Origin: a virus
Lineage: Duplodnaviria > Heunggongvirae > Uroviricota > Caudoviricetes
Virus record (IMG/VR): IMGVR_UViG_3300031873_001030
Direction: 5' to 3' (one strand)
DNA length: 64,000 nt
Position numbers and translations under genes: made by a program. The notes beneath the pieces were generated by a model. It did no database searches, had not been told where the DNA came from, and saw nothing but the letters and a program-made list of their open reading frames with translations. Below, piece after piece: positions 34,623-42,583 of this stretch. The stretch's first letter is position 1. Each line of letters starts with the position of its first letter.

Positions 34623-34695
34623 TGACAATGAACCTCAGAGTAGGAACCAACTGGAAAGTGGAATCAGCAAGTCATAACTGCGAGGTTCATTGTCA
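34623..34695 (+). repeat. 73-nt stem-loop element, copy D (stem TGACAATGAACCTC / GAGGTTCATTGTCA)
   Basis: Starts 1 nt after the PrimPol-like stop; stem carries a compensatory AT/AT pair relative to other copies. Confidence 0.6.
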
Positions 34696-34739
34696 GGCTT
34701 TTATTGTACAAAAACGAAGATTAATATTGAGGACCTTTT

Positions 34740-35402
34740 ATGACCGATATCGATGCCGAAAAAGTTTGGAGCTCTCTTAGAAGGGAAAAGACATTGGATT
34801 TGTTAGGGCTTACTGACAGTGAATTGAGGGATATTGTTGATTCGCTTATTGATGAGGCTGGATTTCCTGCGACTAATTTGGGAGATGAAGCTAGGGAATT
34901 GCTGACAGATGAGGCTAGAAAGGAAGCTGGTCCTGAGGAGGAAGTTGAAAGAGAAAAAGAGATAGAGGAAGCAGAAGAAGTCACTGAAGAAGAGCTTGAA
35001 GCTGCTAGGGAAGGAAGAGCTGAAGAGAGAAGGGAAGAGCGTCTTGAACGTCTTGGAGAAAGGAGACCAAGAAGGGAAAGAGGAGTTGGAATTGAGCCTA
35101 TGGAATTGCCTAAAGTGAAGATTCCAGAAGAGAGGATTCCAGAAATAAGAGTTCCTCCTGGAGTTGAACTTCCAGTTATTCGGGAATTTGAAACTCCATC
35201 TAAGCGCATGGAAAGGGTCATAGGTGAAGTTGAGGGTGGTGTAGAGAAGAGAATAAAAGAGACTGATGAAAAGACAAAAGAGATTAGTAAAGGTCCAGTT
35301 AGTTTTGGCCAGAGAGTTGCCGATACTGCAAGAAATGTGAGGGATACTGTTATTAATGTTTCAAAGCGTATAATTGATAGAATAAGGCAATTAGGTAGAT
35401 AA
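34740..35402 (+). CDS. highly charged Glu/Arg-rich protein (220 aa)
   Basis: ORF track; low-complexity EEAEEVTEEELEAAREGRAEERREERLERLGERR. Confidence 0.4.
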   Translation: MTDIDAEKVWSSLRREKTLDLLGLTDSELRDIVDSLIDEAGFPATNLGDEARELLTDEARKEAGPEEEVEREKEIEEAEEVTEEELEAAREGRAEERREERLERLGERRPRRERGVGIEPMELPKVKIPEERIPEIRVPPGVELPVIREFETPSKRMERVIGEVEGGVEKRIKETDEKTKEISKGPVSFGQRVADTARNVRDTVINVSKRIIDRIRQLGR

Positions 35403-35414
35403 TCTTTATGTGAT

Positions 35415-35500
35415 GAGTTAGGGTCCGATGGGGTAAGTTAGGATATTGTGAGGTCGGATGTGGTATGTTTGGTGAGGTAAGGTATGGTCCGATATGGTTT
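35415..35500 (+). repeat. short block of the (GGTNN)n satellite
   Basis: GGGTCCGATGGGGTAAGTTAGGATATTGTGAGGTCGGATGTGGTATGTTTGGTGAGGTAAGGTATGGTCCGATATGG. Confidence 0.7.
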
Positions 35501-35502
35501 AA

Positions 35503-35982
35503 GTGATTGATATGAAAATTGAAGTAAGGATGCACCATCTTAGCGAACTTAAGAGAAAGTTGCTTGATTCTGATATGAATCATACCAAGTATATTTTACT
35601 GGATGAGATGAGAGCGACGATAGATAAGTTGAAGGGTGACAGGAATCTCATGTTCAAGATTGTTGCTATGATGTCGAAAGTGACTACTGCTTCTCGGTTG
35701 ACTACTGAAGGGATGATAATGGCTTTGGAAAATATGGTTTTGTTTGATATAATGCAATATGATATTTTACAGGATGGTGATGTGACTGTTTTGAATCTGA
35801 ATGTTGATGATAATTATTTTGAGATTTTTAACAAGATTCCTCTGATTGGCAGGTTTATCTCAACTCTTTCTGGAGGAAGAAAAAGATATTTGGAAGAGGT
35901 GAGAAAAACTATAGAGGAGGATTATACAAAAGATTATACACTGAAAATAATCATGGATGATACAAAGGAGGTTCATGAATAA
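35503..35982 (+). CDS. hypothetical protein (159 aa)
   Basis: ORF track. Confidence 0.4.
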   Translation: MIDMKIEVRMHHLSELKRKLLDSDMNHTKYILLDEMRATIDKLKGDRNLMFKIVAMMSKVTTASRLTTEGMIMALENMVLFDIMQYDILQDGDVTVLNLNVDDNYFEIFNKIPLIGRFISTLSGGRKRYLEEVRKTIEEDYTKDYTLKIIMDDTKEVHE

Positions 35983-36239
35983 TGAATCGCGTCACATTGT
36001 ACATATTAAAATGCGATAATGGAATGTTTTATACTGGTATTACTAGAGATTTAAAAAAGAGACTTTTTCAGCATAGAAATTGTAAAAGTTCTTCATTTGT
36101 AAAAAGAAGAAATTTAAATTTTGATGTTGTTTATACTGAAACTTTTGGGAATTGGACACTTGCTAGAAAAAAGGAAAAATATTATAAGAAGATGAATAGG
36201 GAAAAATTAAAAAAAATTATAAAGAGTGTGACGCGATGA
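35982..36239 (+). CDS. small GIY-YIG nuclease-domain protein (paralog 2)
   Basis: FYTGITRDLKKRLFQH...KKEKYYKKMNREKLKKII; TAATG start/stop coupling; AGGAGG upstream. Confidence 0.55.
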   Translation: MNRVTLYILKCDNGMFYTGITRDLKKRLFQHRNCKSSSFVKRRNLNFDVVYTETFGNWTLARKKEKYYKKMNREKLKKIIKSVTR

Positions 36240-36646
36240 ATTCACTTGTGTGGATTTTGTTGATACTTTATGTTCTGATAGGTGTTGGAGTAGCTGTCAG
36301 CAAGAAATGGATAACGAATAGCACGGGTGAGATAAACTTGCAGAATGTGTTGAGGCTGCAGACTTGGACAAGATTGTTTTTCAATCCATGGACTGTTTTG
36401 ATTTTAGCGGTCTCTATAGGATTGTTCGGAGTTTCTATGTGGGTGTTTTCTCTTGAGAAAGCTAACAGTATAATTTTAGTGAGCATGGTTCTTGGATTAC
36501 CAGCTACGTTGTTCAACGTATTCTTGAATAAGAGGATTCTTGGTGAGATTGTGTCATCTTCACAGTACGTTCCAATTTCTATGACTGTTGTCGGTTATAT
36601 GCTGATGATTGCTGGAGTCTGGTATTTCGTTGGAGGGATAAAGTGA
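36236..36646 (+). CDS. small 4-TM membrane protein (136 aa)
   Basis: Four hydrophobic helices; size and topology resemble GtrA-like proteins, unverified. Confidence 0.4.
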   Translation: MNSLVWILLILYVLIGVGVAVSKKWITNSTGEINLQNVLRLQTWTRLFFNPWTVLILAVSIGLFGVSMWVFSLEKANSIILVSMVLGLPATLFNVFLNKRILGEIVSSSQYVPISMTVVGYMLMIAGVWYFVGGIK

Positions 36647-36767
36647 AATTGTCAGATGAAGATAAAAAAGTCTTGAAGGATAAGAAATGGTGGGTTCTTT
36701 TAGCGTTTTCTTTGCTGCTTCTTGGAGTTTTTATATGGTTTGTTAGTTCTCACAGTGGAGCAGGTTT

Positions 36768-37862
36768 ATGAAGATAGCAATTCTATTTGATTTCATAGAA
36801 GGATGTGCGGGTGGAGAGAAGTTGTTAAAATTCCTAGCTCAAAAATATGATGCTGATATTTATACTGGCTATGTGGATTGGGACAATACTTATCCAGAAT
36901 TTAAGAATATGCGTATAACTGTCATAGGAAAAATATCAAAGATTCAGATATTGAAGCAGGAGATGCTGATAAGAAGTTTCAGGAAATTGGATTTGTCTGG
37001 ATATGATAAGATAATATGTCTTGGATTGTATTCAATCTACGCAGCGGAGAACTTTTCTTTGAAGAAAAGTTCACAAAAGAAATCAGAGATAATTTGGTAT
37101 CCTTATGGAGTGAGTCCTTTCTACAAAAAGAGAGCCAATATGGATGATAGTTTTGCTAATCAGAGTTTGATTTGGAAGATAGGTGCTTGGATATTGACGC
37201 AAAGGACTAAAGGATATAATAAAAAGATTGTTCAAAATAATATTGACAGGATAGTGACGATATCCACGTATTCAAGGAAATCTTTCAGGGAATATTATGG
37301 AAGGGATTCTGCTGTGATATCGCCGCCAGTGGATATGGATAAACATTATTGGAAACAAAACAAAGGATACTATCTGATTGTATCAAGGTTGCTTGCTGGA
37401 AAGAGAGTTGACTTGGTGATAGAGGCTTTCAAAAAAATGCCAGACAAGATTCTTTATATCGAAGGGATAGGTCATATGGAAAATAAATTGAAGGAGCTTG
37501 CAAATGGATATGATAATATAAAATTTCTTGGAAGGATTCAGTCTGACAAGCTTCCAGAACTTTATTCTGAATGCATAGCTTTTGTGGGAACTGCTCTATA
37601 TGATGATTGGAGCATGCCTATGGTGGAAGCTTTGGCATCAGGGAAACCTTGCATAGCTGTGAATAAGGGGGCATATCCTGAAATCATAAATGACAGGGTT
37701 GGCATATTGGTTGAAGGGACGCCAGAAGGGATAATTGCAGGTGTGAATAAGATTACTCCAGGAATCGCTGAGAGCATGAAGGATGAGTGCATCAAAAGGG
37801 CAAGAAGATGGGGCATGGTAGAATTTGGAAATAAATGGGATAAGATATGCGAAGTATATTAA
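36768..37862 (+). CDS. family-1 (GT-B, GT4-like) glycosyltransferase
   Basis: C-terminal EALASGKPCIAVNKGAYPEIINDRVGILVE signature of GT1. Confidence 0.6.
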   Translation: MKIAILFDFIEGCAGGEKLLKFLAQKYDADIYTGYVDWDNTYPEFKNMRITVIGKISKIQILKQEMLIRSFRKLDLSGYDKIICLGLYSIYAAENFSLKKSSQKKSEIIWYPYGVSPFYKKRANMDDSFANQSLIWKIGAWILTQRTKGYNKKIVQNNIDRIVTISTYSRKSFREYYGRDSAVISPPVDMDKHYWKQNKGYYLIVSRLLAGKRVDLVIEAFKKMPDKILYIEGIGHMENKLKELANGYDNIKFLGRIQSDKLPELYSECIAFVGTALYDDWSMPMVEALASGKPCIAVNKGAYPEIINDRVGILVEGTPEGIIAGVNKITPGIAESMKDECIKRARRWGMVEFGNKWDKICEVY

Positions 37863-39082
37863 AATGCAGGTCATGTGGTAGTAAAAAATTGATTCCTTTA
37901 CTGTCATTGGGAAATCAATACATATCTAATTTTGTAAAAAAATCTGAAGAGAGGGGAAAGAAGATACCTCTGACTCTTCTGTTGTGTGAAAATTGCAAAT
38001 TGGTGCAGTCGAAATATACAGCGCCTCGGGAATTGCTATATTCAAAGTATTGGTACAAATCTGGGATAAGTTCTACAATCAGGGATGACTTGAAAGATAT
38101 AGTAGATAGTGTGAAAAAATTTGTTGCTTTGGAGAGGAATGACAAAGTGATTGACATAGGTTGCAATGATGGGACTTTGCTGCGGTATTATAAGAATGAT
38201 GTGGTCAAGATAGGATTTGAACCGTCGGATTTGTATAAGGAAGCTGAAGATGGAAATGATTGGATAGTCCATGATTATTTCAGTCTGCATCCCAAAGGGT
38301 TGGGATATGAAAATTTCTTTGATGTCAGGGCAAAAGTTGTGACTGCAATCTCGATGTTCTATGACTTGGATGACCCGAACCAATTTCTTGAGGATGTGAA
38401 AAATATTCTGCATGAGGATGGCATATTTGTCATACAGCAGAATTATCTTGTGTCCATGATGGAGCAGAATGCTTTTGATAACATTGTACATGAGCATCTG
38501 GAATATTATTCATTGTATTCTTTGGAGAAACTTTTGGACAGGCATGGCATGGAAATTTTTGATGTCAAGATAAGCGGCATAAATGGCGGAAGTTTTAGGA
38601 CATACATAAGATTGAAGAAAGGAAATAAAATCCCGTCAAGACGGGATAAATGTTCTTCTTATTCTCTAAAGTCAATGAGAAAAAAAGAAAAACTTTTGAA
38701 GTTGGACAAAAAAGAAATTTATATGAGATTTGGAAAAAGGGTAAAAAAAATAAGAAGAGATTTGAAATCATTGCTGCTAAAGCTGAAAAAACAGAAGAAG
38801 AGCATAGGGATATATGGGGCATCGACAAGGGGAAATACGATTCTCCAATATTGCGGCATAGACAAATCCATAGTTGATTTTGCGACAGACAAGAATCCAG
38901 ATAAATGGGGCAAGCATACAATCACGATGATACCGATAATATCAATAGAAGAATATAGGAAAAGAAAACCAGATGTCCTTCTTGTGATGACTTGGCATTT
39001 CTTTGACGAGATAAAAAAACAGGAAAAAGATTATGAAGGTGTATTCATAATTCCAATGCCTAAGGTGAGGCTAGTAGCATGA
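37847..39082 (+). CDS. sugar C-methyltransferase-like protein (N-terminal Zn ribbon + class I MTase + C-terminal MTase domain)
   Basis: CRSCGSKKLIPLLSLGNQYISNF opening typical of TylCIII/NovU-type C-methyltransferases; central VIDIGCNDGTLL motif I. Confidence 0.5.
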   Translation: MRSILKCRSCGSKKLIPLLSLGNQYISNFVKKSEERGKKIPLTLLLCENCKLVQSKYTAPRELLYSKYWYKSGISSTIRDDLKDIVDSVKKFVALERNDKVIDIGCNDGTLLRYYKNDVVKIGFEPSDLYKEAEDGNDWIVHDYFSLHPKGLGYENFFDVRAKVVTAISMFYDLDDPNQFLEDVKNILHEDGIFVIQQNYLVSMMEQNAFDNIVHEHLEYYSLYSLEKLLDRHGMEIFDVKISGINGGSFRTYIRLKKGNKIPSRRDKCSSYSLKSMRKKEKLLKLDKKEIYMRFGKRVKKIRRDLKSLLLKLKKQKKSIGIYGASTRGNTILQYCGIDKSIVDFATDKNPDKWGKHTITMIPIISIEEYRKRKPDVLLVMTWHFFDEIKKQEKDYEGVFIIPMPKVRLVA

Positions 39083-39209
39083 TGTTATGGATAAAAATTG
39101 TGATTGGAATTGCATCGTTCATAGTTGCTGCATTCATATTTTTGGTGATTTCTTTCTACTTTCTGATGAAAGAGCTTGAGAAACGGGAAAGGGAGATGGG
39201 GGAATCTCA

Positions 39210-40823
39210 ATGATGGAAATAAAATTTGACCCATATCTGATTGTTTTTATTATCATCGCTCTCGGTGTTTTGGTATTTGAATTGATTGTGACTGTCGGCA
39301 AGCCTCTGGCTTTCGGTGACGAGGCATATCATGCTTACATCGGAAAATATATTGGAACTACGCATACATTTCCAAAGGACCTTCCAGGATTCGGAGGTCT
39401 TTACACGTATTCTCCATTGTTGCATATCATATTGGGTGTGATATATGTATTGCCTTCTGCGTTATGGGTATTGGCAAAGACTGTAGTGCCATTGACTGTT
39501 CTTGTGATAGGGATGTCGATGTTCATTCTTCTGTCGAAATTATATAATAGCAGGCTGGCATTTGTAGCTTCAGTGATAATAATCGCATTGCCGATATTTG
39601 TGACTTATTCAGTTTTGATTTATACTGACATGCTGATGGTATTGTTTTTCTTCCTTTCATTTGCTTTCACATTATTGGCAGATAAATTTGGTAGTAAAAA
39701 ATATTGGTTTCTTGCTGTCGTATTTGCATCTCTTTCTTACTTGTCAAAAACTCCAGGAATAGTGAGTTTCTTGTTCATCGGTGGGTTGCTGGTATATAAA
39801 TTTGCGAAGAAGGAATTGTCTCTGAAACAATTCTTGGCAATATCATTGATATCTATCGGGATTGTGGCAGCATTAGTCGGTTGGTGGTGGGTGAGGAATT
39901 ATGTTGATTTCAAGACGATTGATTGCAATCTTCCTCTTACATTTTTCAACACCGTTATCGGTGTCAAATCAGAATGTTACAATCTGTCGGATGTGATTAC
40001 TAAGGAGAGTGCTGATAAGTTTGCTGGATATGTTGCACCGACTGGTTCGAATCTGGACGTGCTTCATTTTGGATTGAAAGGATTCATGGAATTTGTGTAT
40101 GGAAAAATGTTGTTGGTTCCACTGTTCGTATTTTGTGGAATAATTCTGATGTTGAGAAGGAGAGAACGGAATGACATTTATTTGCTGGTATTATTGCTGC
40201 TGTCTGTATTGCCAGTGATATTTGTAAGTTCTGCAAGAGTGGAGGATGTTGGAAGGTATATAATTCTGTCAACTGTGACTTTTGCCCTGATGTCTGCAGT
40301 TTTTCTTGAGGAGTTTTTCAAGTCAGTGCAAAAGTTTTGGAAATACATACCTGTGTTAATCATCATTGTGATGCTGATATTGTTTTGGCCTGTGTTTAAG
40401 AGCAGGTTGGATACGATGTCACAAGTGAAGACTTTCTCTCCATTGTTCTTTGATGCGTGCGATTGGATAAAAGGAAATACGCCAAATGATGGGATATTCC
40501 TGTCTTTATGGTCAGCTCCTACTGCATATAATTGCGAAAGGACATCAAAATGGAGCACTAATGATTTGCCTGATATTGTACTGAGTCAGAATGTGACGAT
40601 TGTATTGGATGCGTTGGAAAGTGAAAAAATAAATTATATATTCATCCAGAAATTTGCAATGAGCGGTGCTGCATATATAACCATGGTTCCTTACAATTTT
40701 GTAGTATTTCTAGAGAGTAATCCAAATAACTTTCAGAAGGTTTATGAGAATGGACCTTCCTTGAATGATTGTGCGAGTGCTGGCGGATGTGACGGAACTA
40801 TAGTTTATAAAGTGATAAAATGA
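39210..40823 (+). CDS. GT-C fold glycosyltransferase (ArnT/PMT-like) polytopic membrane protein
   Basis: At least 10 TM helices; FGDEAYHAY first-loop DE motif characteristic of the GT39/GT83 family. Confidence 0.5.
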   Translation: MMEIKFDPYLIVFIIIALGVLVFELIVTVGKPLAFGDEAYHAYIGKYIGTTHTFPKDLPGFGGLYTYSPLLHIILGVIYVLPSALWVLAKTVVPLTVLVIGMSMFILLSKLYNSRLAFVASVIIIALPIFVTYSVLIYTDMLMVLFFFLSFAFTLLADKFGSKKYWFLAVVFASLSYLSKTPGIVSFLFIGGLLVYKFAKKELSLKQFLAISLISIGIVAALVGWWWVRNYVDFKTIDCNLPLTFFNTVIGVKSECYNLSDVITKESADKFAGYVAPTGSNLDVLHFGLKGFMEFVYGKMLLVPLFVFCGIILMLRRRERNDIYLLVLLLLSVLPVIFVSSARVEDVGRYIILSTVTFALMSAVFLEEFFKSVQKFWKYIPVLIIIVMLILFWPVFKSRLDTMSQVKTFSPLFFDACDWIKGNTPNDGIFLSLWSAPTAYNCERTSKWSTNDLPDIVLSQNVTIVLDALESEKINYIFIQKFAMSGAAYITMVPYNFVVFLESNPNNFQKVYENGPSLNDCASAGGCDGTIVYKVIK

Positions 40824-40978
40824 AATCAAAGGAACGGAGATTGCTATTGGCATGTGAAAAGCTGTCTAAGTTAAAACAAGAGGAAAGAGAATTGGAAGAT
40901 AAGTTATATCATGTAAGGATAAAAATTGAAGAATTGTATTATGGGAAGAGGCAAGCAAATGAAATCAGTAAATATTAG
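40820..40978 (+). CDS. 52-aa coiled-coil micro-protein, translationally coupled (ATGA)
   Basis: ATGA overlap with upstream stop; below track cutoff. Confidence 0.25.
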   Translation: MKSKERRLLLACEKLSKLKQEERELEDKLYHVRIKIEELYYGKRQANEISKY

Positions 40979-41086
40979 GACAGAATCAAAATCAGTGACT
41001 TATGTTTCTTATGAGGATAATCCAGATGAAAAGGAAATGAGAGACTATATTTTGAAGACATTGAACTTTAGAGGTGACTTTCTTTT

Positions 41087-41671
41087 ATGACAGATTTGAG
41101 CAGAGTGATAGAAAATAGCGGGGTAGTGTTGAAATATTGCGAGGGGATTAAGAATCCGAAGATAATAGAATTTGGCGGTGGAAACAATAGGTTGGTGCTT
41201 CCATACAAAGTTGATGAATTGGATTACATAAGATTGAAGAAAGGCGATATGATTGCGGATTTGGAAAAGAGACTTCCGATAAAGAGCAATTCTTATGATA
41301 TCATATTCTCATCATCAGTCTTCGAACATGTGTTCAACATCAAGCAGCTTTTCAATGAATGCCATAGGATACTCAGACCAGAAGGGAAATTGATATGTTT
41401 CATTCCGCATTTTGCATCGTTATCGTCTATACACTTTCTGCATCAGAAATTCTTTTCAACAACATCTTTTGGAGTTCTGACCGAAATTGATACTGATTTC
41501 AATTATGAGTTTAGAGGAAAGTTGTGGAAGATAGTTGAGATGAGAATAACTTGTCCGTTGAAATTCTTGGAGCCATTGATAAACTTGAACCAGAGATTTT
41601 ATGAAGGTACGATACTGAAAAATATAGTTCCTCCACGATTCTTGGTTGTTGTGCTGGAAAAGGTTTTATAA
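41087..41671 (+). CDS. class I SAM-dependent methyltransferase (paralog 3)
   Basis: Shared RLPIKSNSYD motif; SVFEHVFN...LRPEGKLICFIP. Confidence 0.55.
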   Translation: MTDLSRVIENSGVVLKYCEGIKNPKIIEFGGGNNRLVLPYKVDELDYIRLKKGDMIADLEKRLPIKSNSYDIIFSSSVFEHVFNIKQLFNECHRILRPEGKLICFIPHFASLSSIHFLHQKFFSTTSFGVLTEIDTDFNYEFRGKLWKIVEMRITCPLKFLEPLINLNQRFYEGTILKNIVPPRFLVVVLEKVL

Positions 41672-41698
41672 ACTTTGATTACCAATTATTATGACAGC

Positions 41699-41745
41699 GT
41701 ATGGTTAGGTCTGGTTGGATGTGATAAGATAAGGTTTGGTAAGAT
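41699..41745 (+). repeat. short block of the (GGTNN)n satellite
   Basis: TATGGTTAGGTCTGGTTGGATGTGATAAGATAAGGTTTGGTAAG. Confidence 0.6.
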
Positions 41746-41763
41746 AATAAAGAGGTAATGTAA

Positions 41764-42054
41764 ATGGGAATACTTGATATGTTTACGCAATCTGACAGAC
41801 TGAAAAATGTTTTGTTGGGAATTATTAATATGTTGCTTCTTTTGGGAATTTTTCTTCTTGGCCATAATTCTGCGATATGGACAAATGAACAAATACAAAC
41901 ATATTGTTCCATAGATTGGTGCAATGCTTATCGCATGAATACAGGAATTTTCAATACTTCTATCATAACTGGTGTGAATGATACTTTTAATATTTCAGAT
42001 TTAGGTCTGAATCCGAAATTGAATTTTACATTGGTGAATGTAAGTGGTAGCTAG
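41764..42054 (+). CDS. small secreted protein (96 aa) with N-X-S/T sequons
   Basis: N-terminal hydrophobic segment; several NxS/T. Confidence 0.3.
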   Translation: MGILDMFTQSDRLKNVLLGIINMLLLLGIFLLGHNSAIWTNEQIQTYCSIDWCNAYRMNTGIFNTSIITGVNDTFNISDLGLNPKLNFTLVNVSGS

Positions 42055-42583
42055 AATCTTGAATGTCGGTTGTGGTAATGATACCTATGGAACGGATTTT
42101 ATAGACATGTATCCGATGAGAAAGGAAGTAAGAAGATGCGATATTGAGAATGAGAAGCTTCCATTCAAGGATAATACTTTTGACGAAGTGTATTCTGAAA
42201 ACTTTTTTGAGCATCTGAAAAATCCAAGCAATGTGTTGAAGGAAATGAGAAGAGTGTTGAAGCATGGAGGCAAGCTTGTAGTCATAACAGATAATGCTGG
42301 ATTCTGGGCATTTCATATTGCTGGTGCTACTACTCACTATGGAGGATATGAGAAGAAAAGTTTTGGAAAATTGGACAGGCATTTCGGATTGTTCACCCCT
42401 TGGCATCTGAAAAATCATTTTGAAGATATCGGACTGAAAAATATCATGTATAAATATAGGTTATTGAGAAAGAAAAATCCTTATTGGTATGTGAGAATAA
42501 TTTCAAATGTCATAAGTGTTGTGACTAAGAGAATGGGACAATCGCAGATAAGGATTGAAGGTATTAAACAATTTACCAAATAA
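42044..42583 (+). CDS. class I SAM-dependent methyltransferase (paralog 4)
   Basis: ILNVGCGNDTYG motif I; shared KLPFKDNTFD motif; LKHGGKLVVITDN. Confidence 0.55.
   Translation: MVARILNVGCGNDTYGTDFIDMYPMRKEVRRCDIENEKLPFKDNTFDEVYSENFFEHLKNPSNVLKEMRRVLKHGGKLVVITDNAGFWAFHIAGATTHYGGYEKKSFGKLDRHFGLFTPWHLKNHFEDIGLKNIMYKYRLLRKKNPYWYVRIISNVISVVTKRMGQSQIRIEGIKQFTK

Noticed and set aside
34721-35221. 166-aa Ser/Leu-rich minus-strand ORF
   Set aside because: It is antisense to the Glu/Arg-rich ORF 34740-35402, and its composition is the mirror of GAA/GAG-rich sense codons.
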